Shown here in pieces: positions 1 to 13,399 of a stretch of DNA of 64,000 bases; the stretch's first letter is position 1; each line of letters begins with the position of its first letter. Source of the stretch: Kudoa neothunni (Eukaryota; Animalia; Cnidaria). Position numbers and translations under genes: made by a program. The DNA lies in the NCBI GenBank assembly GCA_964304625.1, contig OZ199839.1, positions 3,009,223-3,073,222 of the forward strand. The letters run 5' to 3'. The notes under the pieces were generated by a model that did no database searches, was not told where the DNA came from, and saw only the letters and a list, made by a program, of their open reading frames with translations.

Positions 1-2328
1 ATCAGCTTCGGCGGACTTTTTTTTGGTATAAAATTAAAGATACAGTATAGCAAATGGAAGCTAAAAGCTTTGTGACAATAAAAGCGGATCCAATAATATT
101 GCTAGAAGCAGTGATTAAAGTAGGTAGAATCACAAAAATAATGAATATACTTTAATGCCTTGTTGTCGTATTCGGCACAGTTTCCTTTTTTATCCCGATA
201 TTTATCTGGTATCCAAAGGATACAACTTTTATCGATGAGATGTCCAAACAACATGGGACCACAAATAATAAATAATCTAAGCAAGGTTTGAAAAAATCCC
301 ATGCTAAAATCTTTTAGATGATCTTTGACGGCACTAAAAAAATTAGATCATTAAAGATTAAATATTTGGCAGATAAGAGATCACCAACCTTAGAGTATAC
401 AATAACAACGGGATCGCCAAAGAGACCACTAAACTCAGTGTAATTGCTACCGAGCTCAAATAAATATAGATGTTGTAGCAGGAGTGGTCTACACAGCCCC
501 CATCAGTCACCGGCAATATTAAGCCGTCAATATTGGAGAGACATTTGCAATTTACAAAATTCTAATGTAAAAACACACATACAACGTAAGAATTTAAGTT
601 AAGATGTATTACTCCAATAGATTCCGATGAAGTCGATTCGGTGCAACCAAAAACACAAGGATTAAAATATGTGGTCATATTATAACAAATGGGTTCATAA
701 CGACGATGATCACAGCTGCAAATTTCGTTACAATCTGTGTAGAATATTTGAGAGACACTACCATAAATAGAACCACAATAAACATTAAAAGTATCGAACA
801 ATTATGAATATAGTTATAGTACATTTTGTCTGAGTTGAGAACGACACCGGACACATGCCTAGATGGGCAACTGACGAACATACCCCCAATCGAAAACAAA
901 GTTAAATAGGATATGATACACAGCCCAACAATTTTGTGATAGTTGGTACGAACGAATTTGTTGTAGACACTCCCTATGGCGAATCCAACACATGCCGAGG
1001 GAATAACAACAGCCCCAGTGATCAGGCTTGCCTAAAATAATATCAGCCTATTCACCACATACACCATCGTAAACAACCGACATTGATATTAACTCTAAAC
1101 TGAAGCGTGATGATTTTTGTGAGAAAGGAGGTGAACGCGGTCAATGGAACCATATCGAGTGATAGTCCAATGTATATCAACATTATATGGTAGCTTCTAG
1201 AAATGGTGACTAGTTTGGAGAAAAAATTATTTTTGCGTTTTATCGTTAAATTTTTTTGGTTTAAATCCACAGTGTTGGGTATATTTTCACCAGTTCCTGT
1301 GGTGTTGCGACGTTGATTGCTCTTGGAATTAAGCGAGCCGTGGTGGTTGTTGGATTTGGGAGGATTATTATTCATTCCAACAATTATAAGCAGCACAGCA
1401 AAAAACAGAATAACGACACCTCCCATAAAAAATCCTAACCACCATGCACCAATCCAATTTTCACTCTGGGGAGTTATCTCAACATTTTCCGGTTTAGATG
1501 GCCAGTTAACATGTATAGATAGAAACGGTTTGCCGAGAATGAATCCTATTGCTGGACCGATTGCGCCACTAATATAAAATATCGCCAAGTGCATTCCAGC
1601 TTGTCCACTAGTTGTGACCTCATTCAAGTAGGTGATTATAAACGTGTGTAATGGTGATGATCCAATACCTAGAAAACATTTTTCGTATACACATATTAAA
1701 ATTTTGCTCGGCCATACAAATTATTACCCATAATTGAGAATGCCGCGCAAAACATAACCAAACAAAGATCAGCTCGATTATATTCCCAATTAAATAATTT
1801 GGTGTCACTTTGTGGAGTGGTGGATGCAGGTATTGGTATCAATGACGAATCAGCATCATCCCATCTACACAAATGGTACTGCTTCATACCGTAGTCGGAA
1901 GCATCGCCATCGGTATTTCCAGCTGTTTGTTTGTAGGAGCTGATAAAGTGGGGCGTAATAAACAGGAAACAACCAGAAGCCACAATAACTCCACCTATTC
2001 CGATAGCCAGAATTTTCCGGCCAACCTTTTTGTTACCAATCAGCATTGAACAAACACCGAATGAAACATTGTAGCATATGTTGGGAAAACTCATTTGATA
2101 GCTTTGAAAACCGAATATCTTTTCCAACAATGGAATTGTCACCATTAGTTGGCCGGTTGCCACCATGCATTGCCCAATATTAAACATACACATCACAAAC
2201 ATAATAAAATTTAAGTTATGATAGAATTTGACTTTGGATTCGACAGAAATTGGGTTTGGTTGTTGATTCCCGGTGCAACTATCACTATTGGGGGAATCTG
2301 TGATGCTTGTTTGGTTAGAATTATCCAT
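1..2328 (-). CDS. Organic anion transporting polypeptide (OATP/SLCO family), multi-exon; 3' end runs off the window
   Basis: ATG at 2328. ORF pieces join through GT-AG introns (e.g. ...FSIMG|IGSSPLHTFIITYLNEV...). OATP motifs: GPAIGFILG, WIGAWWLGF, Kazal-like loop CNEICSCDHRRYEPICYNMTTYFNPCVFGC, GPMLFGHLIDKSCILW...GNCAEYDN. Confidence 0.93.
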
Positions 2329-3920
2329 AGTTGGATGAACGACACTAACAGTTATCAAATAGTTGCAATAAAATGATATTTGTTGGTAATCTGTAATGCC
2401 TTCTCACCTTCAAAACATAACGCCGGATTAGGTTAAAGTGTACACAGAATTAATGAATGTATACAATTGTTTGGGGAAGATTTTCCCCCAGTCACATCTA
2501 ATTAAATAGACAAAAAATTAATTACTTTGGAGTTAATATCAAGAAAAAAAACAAATTGTGAAACAGATCTATTCCATAAAACCAGTTTAACCGATTACGA
2601 TACTTACTGAGATTACGTGTAATCCCCCATGGAAATCATCAACGTTATCTCAGTTCACCTATCGAATGATGTTCTTATCATGTAATGGTCATTCTTTATA
2701 GCTATAAAATATGTGACTCATGTAAATAAGTTGATTTCGTGCGTTTATGAATTATATTATGTGGTCGAGTACGGGAAAATTGCGCTGGTCGCCAACAAAA
2801 AACAATACTGGCTTACTCCTTACGTGATTTTGAAGCTGTTCTATCAAATTTTAAGACTTTACTTGTCAATAAAAGTCTATTTTTATTTTAAAATGATCGG
2901 ATGAGATTCCATTCAAAACCAGACTGAATAAAAATAGAACATGCATTTCTAACGTATTATTACGCACACCTAGCAATACATTAAAAAATAAACTCTCAAC
3001 TTTGTTTTAATAGTGAGGAATACTAGTTGCATCGGTTATTTAGTAATATACTACCATAGCGCCACATTTAATTATTTAGTCAGCAAAAAAAATTATAAAA
3101 ATTAAGTAAATAATTTTTTTGTTTGTTTTGACATTTTTTAACTATATCATGTTCTCACGATTTTCGTATTTAGCTCTTGGAGCTTATCAGATGCCAATCT
3201 CAATCAAACACGGTTTTAGGTTTCTTCAATATTTTTTGTTGAAAATGCAAATAATTAGATCTCATGAATTTTTAAGAAAATTAAGTCATTCATTTCAAAG
3301 AGAAAAATTTTATTCACATCCCATTTCTGTTTGGTATACGAAATTATTATGGATTAAAAATTAGATATATTTGCGTCAATGTGGAAAATGCGTTAGCTGG
3401 TTGATATATAGATGATAGACACATGTAAAAAATGTAATTCCTGTAAAAATTATTGTTATAATTCAACCAGCTGATTATAAAATCGAATACAGTTAATACT
3501 AGTGTTACTTGTGGATTAATGAGTTTGTCACCTCCCACATTCTAATCCTTCTATTTATATTTAATCTTAACTTTGTAATCAAACCTTTGGTTTAGTCGAA
3601 TTAAAAAAGGCTTATCCTCACGGTCATGGTTTTGAATTTATATATTAAAAAATTTTTTTTTTATTATTATTTATATTTCTTTCCTGCAACAAAAATTTTG
3701 CCTTCCCTTGTGGAAAATGCTCAATCTCGTACATTTGCTCAGTACTCCCCAATTTCCCCATAACTCCGTGCTACGACCACATCCATTAATTAATGACAAC
3801 AATTAAAATATATTATTGATGAGAATAAAAATATATGCTTAAGTTAGTATTTTTTTCCTTCGAAATGATTCGCCCCTCGAATTATAATTTAGATGTAATA
3901 AAGGATGGTTTTTATTACTC

Positions 3921-4166
3921 TTAACCTTTGGAGGGCAACCATTGGCTTCACCCGCCACCTTTATTTATTTTATTTTTAAGTTAGTTACATTTTAAGGATT
4001 TTCGTCGGAACTTATACCTGTTCTGACATTAGGTGATAAATAATATTTTTTTAATAAGGCAAATTTCTGGTGAAAATGTAAAATATAACCAGTTTATTAA
4101 TAAAATTTATTAAAAAATAATAGAAAGATGGGTTCGTGGTGCCCGAGGTTGTCCTCAAGAGATTAC
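3921..4166. mobile_element. piggyBac-type MITE (~240 bp), uninterrupted copy
   Basis: Ends ttaaCCTTTGGAGGGCAACC ... GGTTGTCCTCAAGAGAttac form degenerate TIRs with TTAA-like flanks. Homologous, in inverted orientation, to the split copy at 26368-27615. Confidence 0.65.
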
Positions 4167-5374
4167 ATGTATTTATCTCTTATTCAGGTTATTGTATCAT
4201 TTCCGTAAACTCTTCCTCTATTTTCATTTTCTTGTTTTTGTCGACAGAATATGATAAAGTGAATTACTAAATAATTTCTTAAAATTTGACATTTATTTCA
4301 ACTTTAATCTAAAATTTTAAAGTATGAAAATGTTTATACGCCACTATATGAATGATAATAAATGGATGAAGTTGAAAAATTAAAAAAACTTCATTTATTT
4401 ATAGAAACTTTATAAACTGGCATTCTTCCCAACAAATGAGTTTCTACTACATAGTGACGATTACTTAAGAACTATGAACAAAAAATCTTAAGTATTTTGC
4501 CAATGCTCTGACCTGAGTAGAATATAGTAGTGTGGACATAAATAAAGTCTATACGTTAGATCAATAGATTGCTTCATTTACATAGTGAATTGTGTCAATT
4601 GGGATAACGAGCTAATTTTCATTAAGCTGTGGCACCTCTTGTCTTCTTGATAATTGAGCGCCTACAATGACAATGGATGAGACTGCCCAATTCGGTGTAG
4701 GATTGTTATATCAGTGGTTCCAAATAGGAATATGTCTGTAAATTTGTTCCGTAGTACGACTGGGTCGCCACTGTTTAACTATATTCAGCCAAGCAATAGC
4801 GTGGAATAGACTGGAGGAATTATCATGGATTTTGTCATATAAGCAAGCGGTTGGGGTAATTTTCCGTAAAATGGATAAATACCAGGGAAACATGTTCGAA
4901 TAATAACAATAAAAACCACACATGGTAATAAAGTAATTGTTTTAAGCTATTTTCTGGTTAAAGATTATAGCACTACCCATTAAATTAATTATAAATGGCA
5001 ATATAATTAAACGCAACAAATTGAGAACAATCAATCTCGCATGGAGTATTGGTTAAAACGGTTAACCAACCTAATATACATGAACAACTTATCTTTCAAA
5101 GATATAATTATGTATAAATCTTGCGTTGGATGAATAGATGACAAATCTTTCATAAAATAAACTGTAATTAAAGAATGTCATTAGCTTCTTCTTCTGAAAA
5201 ATTCTTAAATGTGTATTTTAATACGTTTATGAAGGGTTAAATTGTCTTCGAAAACAAAATGTAATTATTTAGATCGAAGAGTTCAAGCAGTACTTCGTTG
5301 GAATTTCAATATTCAAAAGTAATTTCACACAAAAAAGTCTAATTTGAAAACTGAGTAATTAATAGTTTTTATCA

Positions 5375-6364
5375 ATGATACTTGGGTATAATAACACATT
5401 CAACGTGATAATGTCGATTTCTGGATACATAGTGGGATTTATTCTAGGGTGATTTTATATTAGCCTAACCTAGTCTTTCTGGCTAGTTGGTTGTTTGGTT
5501 GTTTGCTTGTTTGTTGGATGTAAATACAAACCATTTAGTTACGTACTATCAAACTACAATAATATTATCAACCTTAAACACCCTCTGTTTATAAGCACAA
5601 TAGCTTATGATGAACGTAGCTCTATTGTTATGGAATTGGGTGCTTTCCTTGGTGTTTGTTTCAGTAACCAATCGAATAACAACTGGTAAATGCTTTAAAA
5701 TTTTTCTAGCCTTTTTAGTTATCAGAAAAAGATATCACATTATTGAAACTATTAATGTGTCACAGGGGTTGAATATTTTCTCCTATATAACAGGGCTTCA
5801 ATCAGCTTTTTATTGTATTGTGACTTTGAGAATCAAAGTAATGACTGATGCATTTTACAAATGAACTTACATTTGTGAACAGGTCAATGCTTATTCGTAC
5901 ATACATTACTGCTTTGCTGGGCTATTTTTTCTCACATCTAATATCTATTTTCTCACCCAAACATTTTTCACATTTAAGATCTTTTCGATTGAGAAAACCC
6001 GAAATTTTCTAACGTGGAGTATAGTACGATTGGTCTTATCGATATCTTTGGGAGTTACCTTTACTCTTATGTTTTTCTGTAAGTATTTTTATAAATCGTT
6101 CTTTTTTTAAATTAAAGAAACCACATTATTTTAATCCAGGCTTTCTCACACATTACACCACTCACAAAACAAACTCTGAAACCCTCTCCAACCCATGTGT
6201 ATAGTTCATCGAATCTCGTGCTGTGTGATCATAGTTAATTTTAGACATGGAATCGGATCGCATCATGGGCAGAATGGACGGAAATCACTCTTGTCATTCT
6301 GTCATTGTTAATTTTCCTTTTTGACAACGAATTTATTAACGATAACTCATGTAATTTCTACTGA
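5375..6364 (+). CDS. DRAM/TMEM150 (Frag1/DRAM/Sfk1) family multi-pass membrane protein, 6 exons, ~229 aa
   Basis: Introns 5449-5538, 5652-5709, 5838-5882, 6079-6139 and 6199-6244 (all GT-AG) give a continuous 690-nt frame. It reads ...HPLFISTIA...FLAFLVIRKRYHII...LNIFSYITG...YIHYCFAGLFFLTSNIYFLTQTFFTF...IVRLVLS...IASWAEW..., matching the DRAM pattern (PYIS, IYVRY, H..GA.L.F, Y...QT, IRL, AEW). Confidence 0.8.
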
Positions 6365-7414
6365 AAGATCTCCTCGATATCACAGCGTTATCTAAATTAT
6401 ACTTGTTTCTTAAAACATTAGGTTATAATATATAACATACTTTATTTATGCCAAATTATTTTATTAATATTTATAATAGCAGATAATTTTTTTAAATTAA
6501 ATACCTATTTATTTTTAATTCTGTTAGCTAAATCTCTATGTAATTGATGACAGATATAAAATAATCCTGTTAATCATGTCGTATTATTCCGTTCAAAGGC
6601 TCGAATATTATAATACAAAAACCTTCATTTTATAATTACATAATAAATATATTCTTAGGATAACATGATTTATCAACTGTTAAGGGTATGAAAACAAATC
6701 TATTCAAAAACGCTTGTCGCAGACTTTTTCGGAGATTTGGAATAAGATGCGCAATAATCGTACATTGTTTGTGCGCTTGCGCAATGCAAAACGGAGATTA
6801 ATTAGAAAATTGAAAAATTATAATATTTGTTATTGTTTTTTTGTAGATTTCATTAAATTTGAAATTCATACATAGAAGGATTTAATGTTAAACTTGCAGG
6901 ATATTCATGGTAGAAACATTGATTAAAATCTAATAAGTTGGTTTGTCGAGAAATTCGAGAAATACATAAAAAGAAAAACTTATAATAGTTAGTTATAACA
7001 CTAGATTATTTTTATTTCAACAGGTTAAAAACCTGGTTTTGATGCAACACGCTAAGATATTCGACATAATTATAGCTTATCTGCAGCCCGTAAACAATTT
7101 TTAATAAGAATCTTCAAAACTATATGACTTAGCTAAGTAAATCTAGAGTTAAAACCACTTTAAATCTAAAAATCATTGATTAATAACTTCATTGCCAAAT
7201 ATGTTCAATATTTTCCCGCTTATTTTTTAAGTTGTCGCATATTTTCGAAACAGTAATCTTAAAAAATAAGAAACTATTATAAATTTAAAAAAATGGAATT
7301 ATAAACGTAATTGTTTTAGATCGAGAAATATTCAAATACAGTGGGTGAAGGATGGTTCGTAACTTATAAAGTTGTGCGCGCGATATTATGTATGAAAAGA
7401 TGCCTTAAATCAAT

Positions 7415-7680
7415 TACAATGATAAGTTATCCGGAGAAAATTACTCAGTTATATTAATGTTTTTAACTTTTCTGATAATTATATCGTGTACATCTCGTTC
7501 AGTATACGGAATTTGTTTGTAACTATTTAAACAATAATATTTCATGCCTTAAATCAGAAAAATGAAGGTAGCAATTTTGAAAGGAATAATTTTTCGTTCT
7601 CTTTCGTCTAATTTTTTTAAATTGTGATCTCCGTTCCACGCCTCGGCTGGTTTTGGAAAAACTTTATTATTTCATATGGA
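7415..7680 (+). repeat. Dispersed repeat family, copy 1 (copy 2 at ~15865-16155)
   Basis: Colinear similarity including taactatttaaacaataa.atttcatg.ctt.aatcagaaaaat and ggctggttttggaaaaac.ttattatttcata. Confidence 0.7.
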
Positions 7681-7897
7681 CGTGGCTATTTGCATGGATG
7701 GGAATATCTCCTAGGCTATATTTTTCCTAAAAAATTTTATAAAATTTTTTTTGCTCATTATGTTAAATTTTAAATAATGTTATATAAAATATCCAAAAAT
7801 TGGAGCAGTCATTTCAAACATTAGAAAGATACACACATGGTGCCAAATGGCAACATTGGGGTGCGCACGTGTTCGTTTTTATGTTACTTTGTTTTTA

Positions 7898-10800
7898 GGC
7901 AGTGACTATTGGCCCGAACATGTTAATTTGGCCATTCTTTTAGTTTCATTTCACTTATAATAACATTAAATTGCATTATTAAATTATATATCATGTATGG
8001 AATTATTTATGATTAATAGTAACTAATAATTAAATGCATACATCAAATAAAATATATCTTGAGGATGTAAATAAGCTTAGTTGTAGGTCCAACAAATTGG
8101 CATAAAATATTGTAGAGTATAATTATCGATATTTCGTGAATGCCGTGCGTTGGAGTTGCACCTAATCTTCAAGATATGGTGTCTGGATAGTATGAACCAA
8201 AAATTATAAGAAATATGTAACTATTTTCTACCTTTATTACATTAGCAATGAAAATAATTTATCATAATTTTACATAGGTTACTTTCAGGAATATTGAATA
8301 TTAGGCAACTTTAAAACAATAATTAGCTTAGCGGTTATGTAGCGTTTAAAAGAAGAAAATCGAAAGAGATCGTATATAAATTTATATTTTTGATTAGTGA
8401 TCAAAAGTTTCGTTATTTTTAAAGTCACAGATTGTTCGAGAGCTAAATGTTTTTCTGTATTTTATTCTCTGATATTTTGCATCGTTTGCAGTACCAATAT
8501 TTGTGTTTGGATTAACGCTAATGCATTGGCATTTAAAATAACTCCATTCAAGACAAATATCACAACCAATTGCTGAATCACCATTTGACAAATTTGTTTT
8601 GCAGATATTGCACCTATATCCAACAATTGTTTTCTGCTTTATAATTTGTTTAAGGTTGAATAGAGCATCTTTGCTAAAATAAGTGAATATCTTATCGAAA
8701 TAAACTCTCGGATCAAGTATCCCATCACTTATGTTGTCCAACAAAACTTCCACGTACTTTTCCTCAATTATAACCTTTTGATTAATAATCTTAACAGCGA
8801 AGTCTTTACTAACAAACCAATCAAGAATTTCTGAAATGAATTATATCATTCTTGTTAATAAAAGAGTTACTCAAAATCCTTTGTTTCTATTACTGTAGTA
8901 GATGAGCTCCTTGGGCGACCTTTATGTTTAATTCTAATTGGAAGAACTAATTTTGAAACAAATATAAAACAATAAGTATCTTACGTGAAACCCGAAATCT
9001 GATTATTTATCGCGATGTCATCGTTCAACCTTTCTGTACTATACAGAGTTTCTCTGCCAATAACATTAAAATATTCAATAGTGCTATATGATACTCTATA
9101 GAACTTTTTTCCATGGACGTCCGACTTATACAACCTATAAAATGAATAAAGTAATGGATCGAACAAAATTTAAAAGAATACACTTTGATTTTTCCATTGG
9201 ATGCATCTATTTGCGTTGTTGGTGGATTTTCTTCATTTAGCTTAACAATACTAATTTTTTCTTTTTTTTCAATAAGTGTGACTAGTTTTTTAAGTTCATT
9301 TATCTAATATTCATAGTCGGAACCAGATTTTTCGGAAACTCTTGATGAAATGATCTTGAATAAGCTGGAAGTCTGATTAAATCTTTTTTGCTCGGAATAG
9401 ATTGTCGTGGATTTCGATAAAACATTTACAGTTATGAACTCTTTTTGTGGTGATTCATTGGTTTGCTCGTTGCTTACCTTAAATCGTGAGTTATTCAAGA
9501 AATATTCTCTAATTCATCTTTTAGAACACAGACATTTTTCAAATAACGGAAGATTGCTTTTTTTTCGTTCCAAAAATATGTGACAGAACAATAAGCTCAT
9601 ACTCATTCTGAAAAGACAATTACATTCCTCAATATTTGAAAGCGCATTGTCATCTGAAAACATCACATTGTCAAATTCCTTTGAAACTAACTTAAAGAAT
9701 ATTTTGTTAGATGATTAAAATATTTTAAACATATCAGAATCCAGAACTTTTTGTGGAGTCTTAAGCATTTCCCTGATGACTTTATTATCACGTTCAATTC
9801 GTGACGTGCGCTGTCGATATATATAAAGAATTTCTTGAAAAACTCTTCGAATGAAGAATAAAATGGTATGACTTGCTTGATTTTGGAATTTAAACTCTCA
9901 ACTCTATTGTTAGTAAAGTTTAGGAACATACCGCCAAGTCTTCTCAAACCAGTAACCCATTCCTCTTTTATTAAGTCCAGGTGTTTTTAAAATAATTATA
10001 AATATTTTCTCCGACACATTCTTTGAGTTTTTGCTTATTAAAATCACATGCTCTGATGTTTTTTGAATATGCTATATTTTGGAGGTGTAAACGTGACGTC
10101 TCTTTTCCTTGAGAACTAATATTCATTCGTTCTACTTGAATTTCACGAGCGAACGACTTGAGGACATGATATAAACATATTTGAAAGTTAGCATTTGGGA
10201 ATTTTTTTTCAGAACTTTTCTTTCAACCAAATCTTTATCGGTCATAAATATTTTTGTGTCTGTTTCCGTTGTAAGATGGTGTTTTTTCAACGTATCGATA
10301 AACCACTCAAAAATTTCTTCGGTCTCTTCCACCAATATTCCAGTTGCCACAATTTCACTAGAACCTCTAGCATTCAATACAACCAGAAAATATACAGGTG
10401 CTCTACAATCCATTAATTTATAGGTAGCATCTATACAAATAATTTCGAGGTATGCTTTTAAACATTTGTTCACATCAATATCTTGGTAAAATGATCCTTT
10501 GAATTTTGAGTCATCTTGCAAAATCTCGATAAAAGTGTTGCTTTTCTTTTTGAGTGACATCAAAAATTCAATAATCTTTGAATGTGATTTCATAGAATAT
10601 TTCATGTTTTATAGCTTTTTCAATGGAACAAACTTTCCATATTCACTCAATATTTTTTCTTGAATGGCTTTAATATTTCCGTTAACTTCCACTAACCGTT
10701 TAATTCAAGAAACTTCCTGCTGATTTAATTTCATGGCTTTAGGTAAAAACTTTCTGGGAAACAGTATGGACTTGTGGTTATGAGCTAAATTCATATGTAA

Positions 10801-11374
10801 GTTACTTGTTAAACAAATTTTTAAATTTTAAAATTAATAAAATATATTAATTAATCAGTAAATGTACACAATTATAAAAAATATACGTTTTTGAGCTGTT
10901 TCAATCGTCTTGCAGTCTAATATAGACAAACCGATCATGTTGTTTAATTTTCAACTTTAATTCTTTGCAGCTGTTAAACCCATCACCAACTTTTAAAATA
11001 TTGTTATTCTCAACAACGTTAGCACCAACATTCTCATAACTTACATTAGTGACCATTACGCAAATATTACCACGTTAAAGTACCCACGTGTCTTTCGGTA
11101 TTATGGACTCCAAATGTATTTATAAAATGAATTTTTGAAAACTAATACTAAAATTTAAACGCAAATCTCAAAAATAATTTTTTAATAACAGTTATTCGTG
11201 TTACAAGATTATTTTCATATAACTACGTAATTTCAGGCTTAATTGACATTATCATATCCTTCAAATTTAGAAAAAATACTTATATCGTATTTATCATGTT
11301 GTCAAATGTTAATTTAGGTGAAGTAAAACTAAAGGAATGGCGTAATTAACATGTTCGGGCCAATAGACATTGCG
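7898..11374 (-). mobile_element. Mutator/MULE DNA transposon with degenerate transposase (MULE domain, SWIM finger, C-terminal PHD finger)
   Basis: ~75-bp TIRs (GGCAGTGACTATTGGCCCGAACATGTTAATT... at 7898; reverse complement ending 11374). ORF fragments IDATYKL...FMTDKDLVER and NFTNNRVESLNSKIK, SWIM-like ECNCLFRMSMSLLFCHIF (~9570-9630) and PHD-like CNIC...IGCDICLEW..FKC (8394-8753). Frameshifts and stops throughout. Confidence 0.9.
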
Positions 11375-11699
11375 AAGAAAAAAAGAATTCTCGTCAATAC
11401 GTTTACATTAATTATTATTATTATTAATACAGCTACATCTATTAAAATTAGAATTAATACATTATCGTAATTCTCGTATTTCTCTTATCAAAGAATACCT
11501 TCAATAAATACACGAATTATCGTAAAGTAATACGTACGTTTATCAAAGATAACAAAATTTGATTATTAAAAACAGTTTAAGAATTTATTGACTGATTTTC
11601 ATTGAGTTTAATAGCCCTTAATAATATTATACCTTAGAAATCCTAAAGTACGACACAAACCCATAATGCGAAAATTTCCCTTATATAATTCTGATGTCA

Positions 11700-11767
11700 T
11701 TTAACTTACCCCTATCATTTAAATTTTACTCCCAAGTGGTAAATTTACCCTCTGTTGAGAACCCCTG
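11700..11767 (-). mobile_element. Isolated hAT (Buster/Charlie-like) terminal fragment
   Basis: Minus strand reads CAGGGGTTCTCAACAGAGGGTAAATTTACC..., similar to the left end of the element at 58724 (CAGGGATTCCAACTGGGGGTAAATT). Confidence 0.55.
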
Positions 11768-12716
11768 CATTAGTAGATACTTTTTTATTTTTTAAACTTT
11801 TCAGTAATCATATAGCTCAAATGTATTTTCTCCTGGTCTCAATAAATTTTCTCACAGTTATGATGTTTATATCACTTTTTTTATTTTTGGTGAAACATTT
11901 GATTAGCTTTACAATTATCACATTTAATTTCGTTCATATTTTTGCATTATAATGAAAGCGGATTTTCTAAAATTAACAATTTAGATTTAAAGTGAATTTA
12001 GGTGGCCAATACTTGTAAATTATAAACTTTTTTGCCCAAATTCTGCCTTGCAATAAATACTAATCGTTAACCATACATAAATTGAAGAAATTCTAAAGTT
12101 ATTTTATCTTATGTAAATAAATTTTATGTTATTGAATATTCTTAAATAATATATTTTTAGATTGAGTTTCAATTACTATAGCTATCGTGCAATGTTTACA
12201 ATGAAAATATGCGCAAATAGCGTATTCGACATTTTTTCGTTATTATGAAAAATAGGAACCATTATTCACTGAATCTACCTTAAATTTAAATTTTAAGGTA
12301 TTAGATAAACATTTTTATATTTTGTATAATTCTACGATAACAAAAAGCGTACAGAGAATTTCTTTTTTGTTTGGCGATAAAACGCTGATACAGGGAGAGA
12401 ACAGAATTTTTTATCGCTATATTTGCACTTATAGTTATTAATTTAGCTTAATATTTAAAGAAAAGCAACTGCACAAGAATGAAAAATTCAAGCATGCAGA
12501 TATGCTTCTCAAGTCACGTGATCGTCCATGTGTTCATGAATAATTGCGTGGAATGAGTTGAACAATGTTTTATTACAGTTCAGAAAGTTATATGTTATCA
12601 ATAAATACATAATTAAAAAATTTTTAAATATGCGCAGAATAAAGCTAACATGAAACGCATTGACTATTTCATGTAAAGTTGGTACATTGTGCGCAGACAT
12701 TAAAAATTGTATTTTA

Positions 12717-13119
12717 ATGAGCAACATCAATCCCAAAGATGCTATTTTAAAATTGACAGACGAAGATCTGAAAATTGAAACGACCGCAAGGATTCCTAAT
12801 ATGGGAGTCATCAATTACAATGGTGACATCAATTGGGATTGTCCATGTTTGGGCGGACTCCCATTCAGTGAATGTGGTCAACAATTTCGAGATGCATTTT
12901 CTTGTTTCTACTATTCGGATGACGATAAAAAAGGAGTGGAATGTGTGGATTATTTTGATAAACTTTACACATGTTTGCAGTCACACCCACACCTTCTTCC
13001 AAAAAAAATCCGCTACCTCCACTTCCGACGTTTCTAGCGATGAGAAGAATTCCCAACAGGAACAAATCGATCCACCTTCAAATGTTCATATTTCCGAACT
13101 GATCTCTCAGGATGCCTAA
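12717..13119 (+). CDS. CHCHD4: Mitochondrial intermembrane-space import oxidoreductase MIA40/CHCHD4 (intronless). C-terminus ends at 13037 as written, or at 13119 if the A8 run is A7
   Basis: INWDCPCLGG catalytic CPC motif followed by twin CX9C (CGQQFRDAFSC, CVDYFDKLYTC). Confidence 0.93.
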
Positions 13120-13399
13120 TTTTTTTTATTATTTTATTAGTAAAATGTAGACAGGTGGTTTAAAAGTTGTGTTTTTTACAGCGTGAAAACCGGTGAATTA
13201 ATTTTAATTAATAATAATTATTCACATTCTTGAATAAATTAAATTTTTAATATGATTTTATGAGATGGTTAAACTCATTCGCGCGTGCGCAGTGGGCAGA
13301 TGAAAAACAAAGCTGCGGCGGAAAAGGATTATTCAAATAATAAGTACGTTGTGTTAAAGAAAGATAACGCCAATAATAGCACACAATGTTGGTTAAAGT

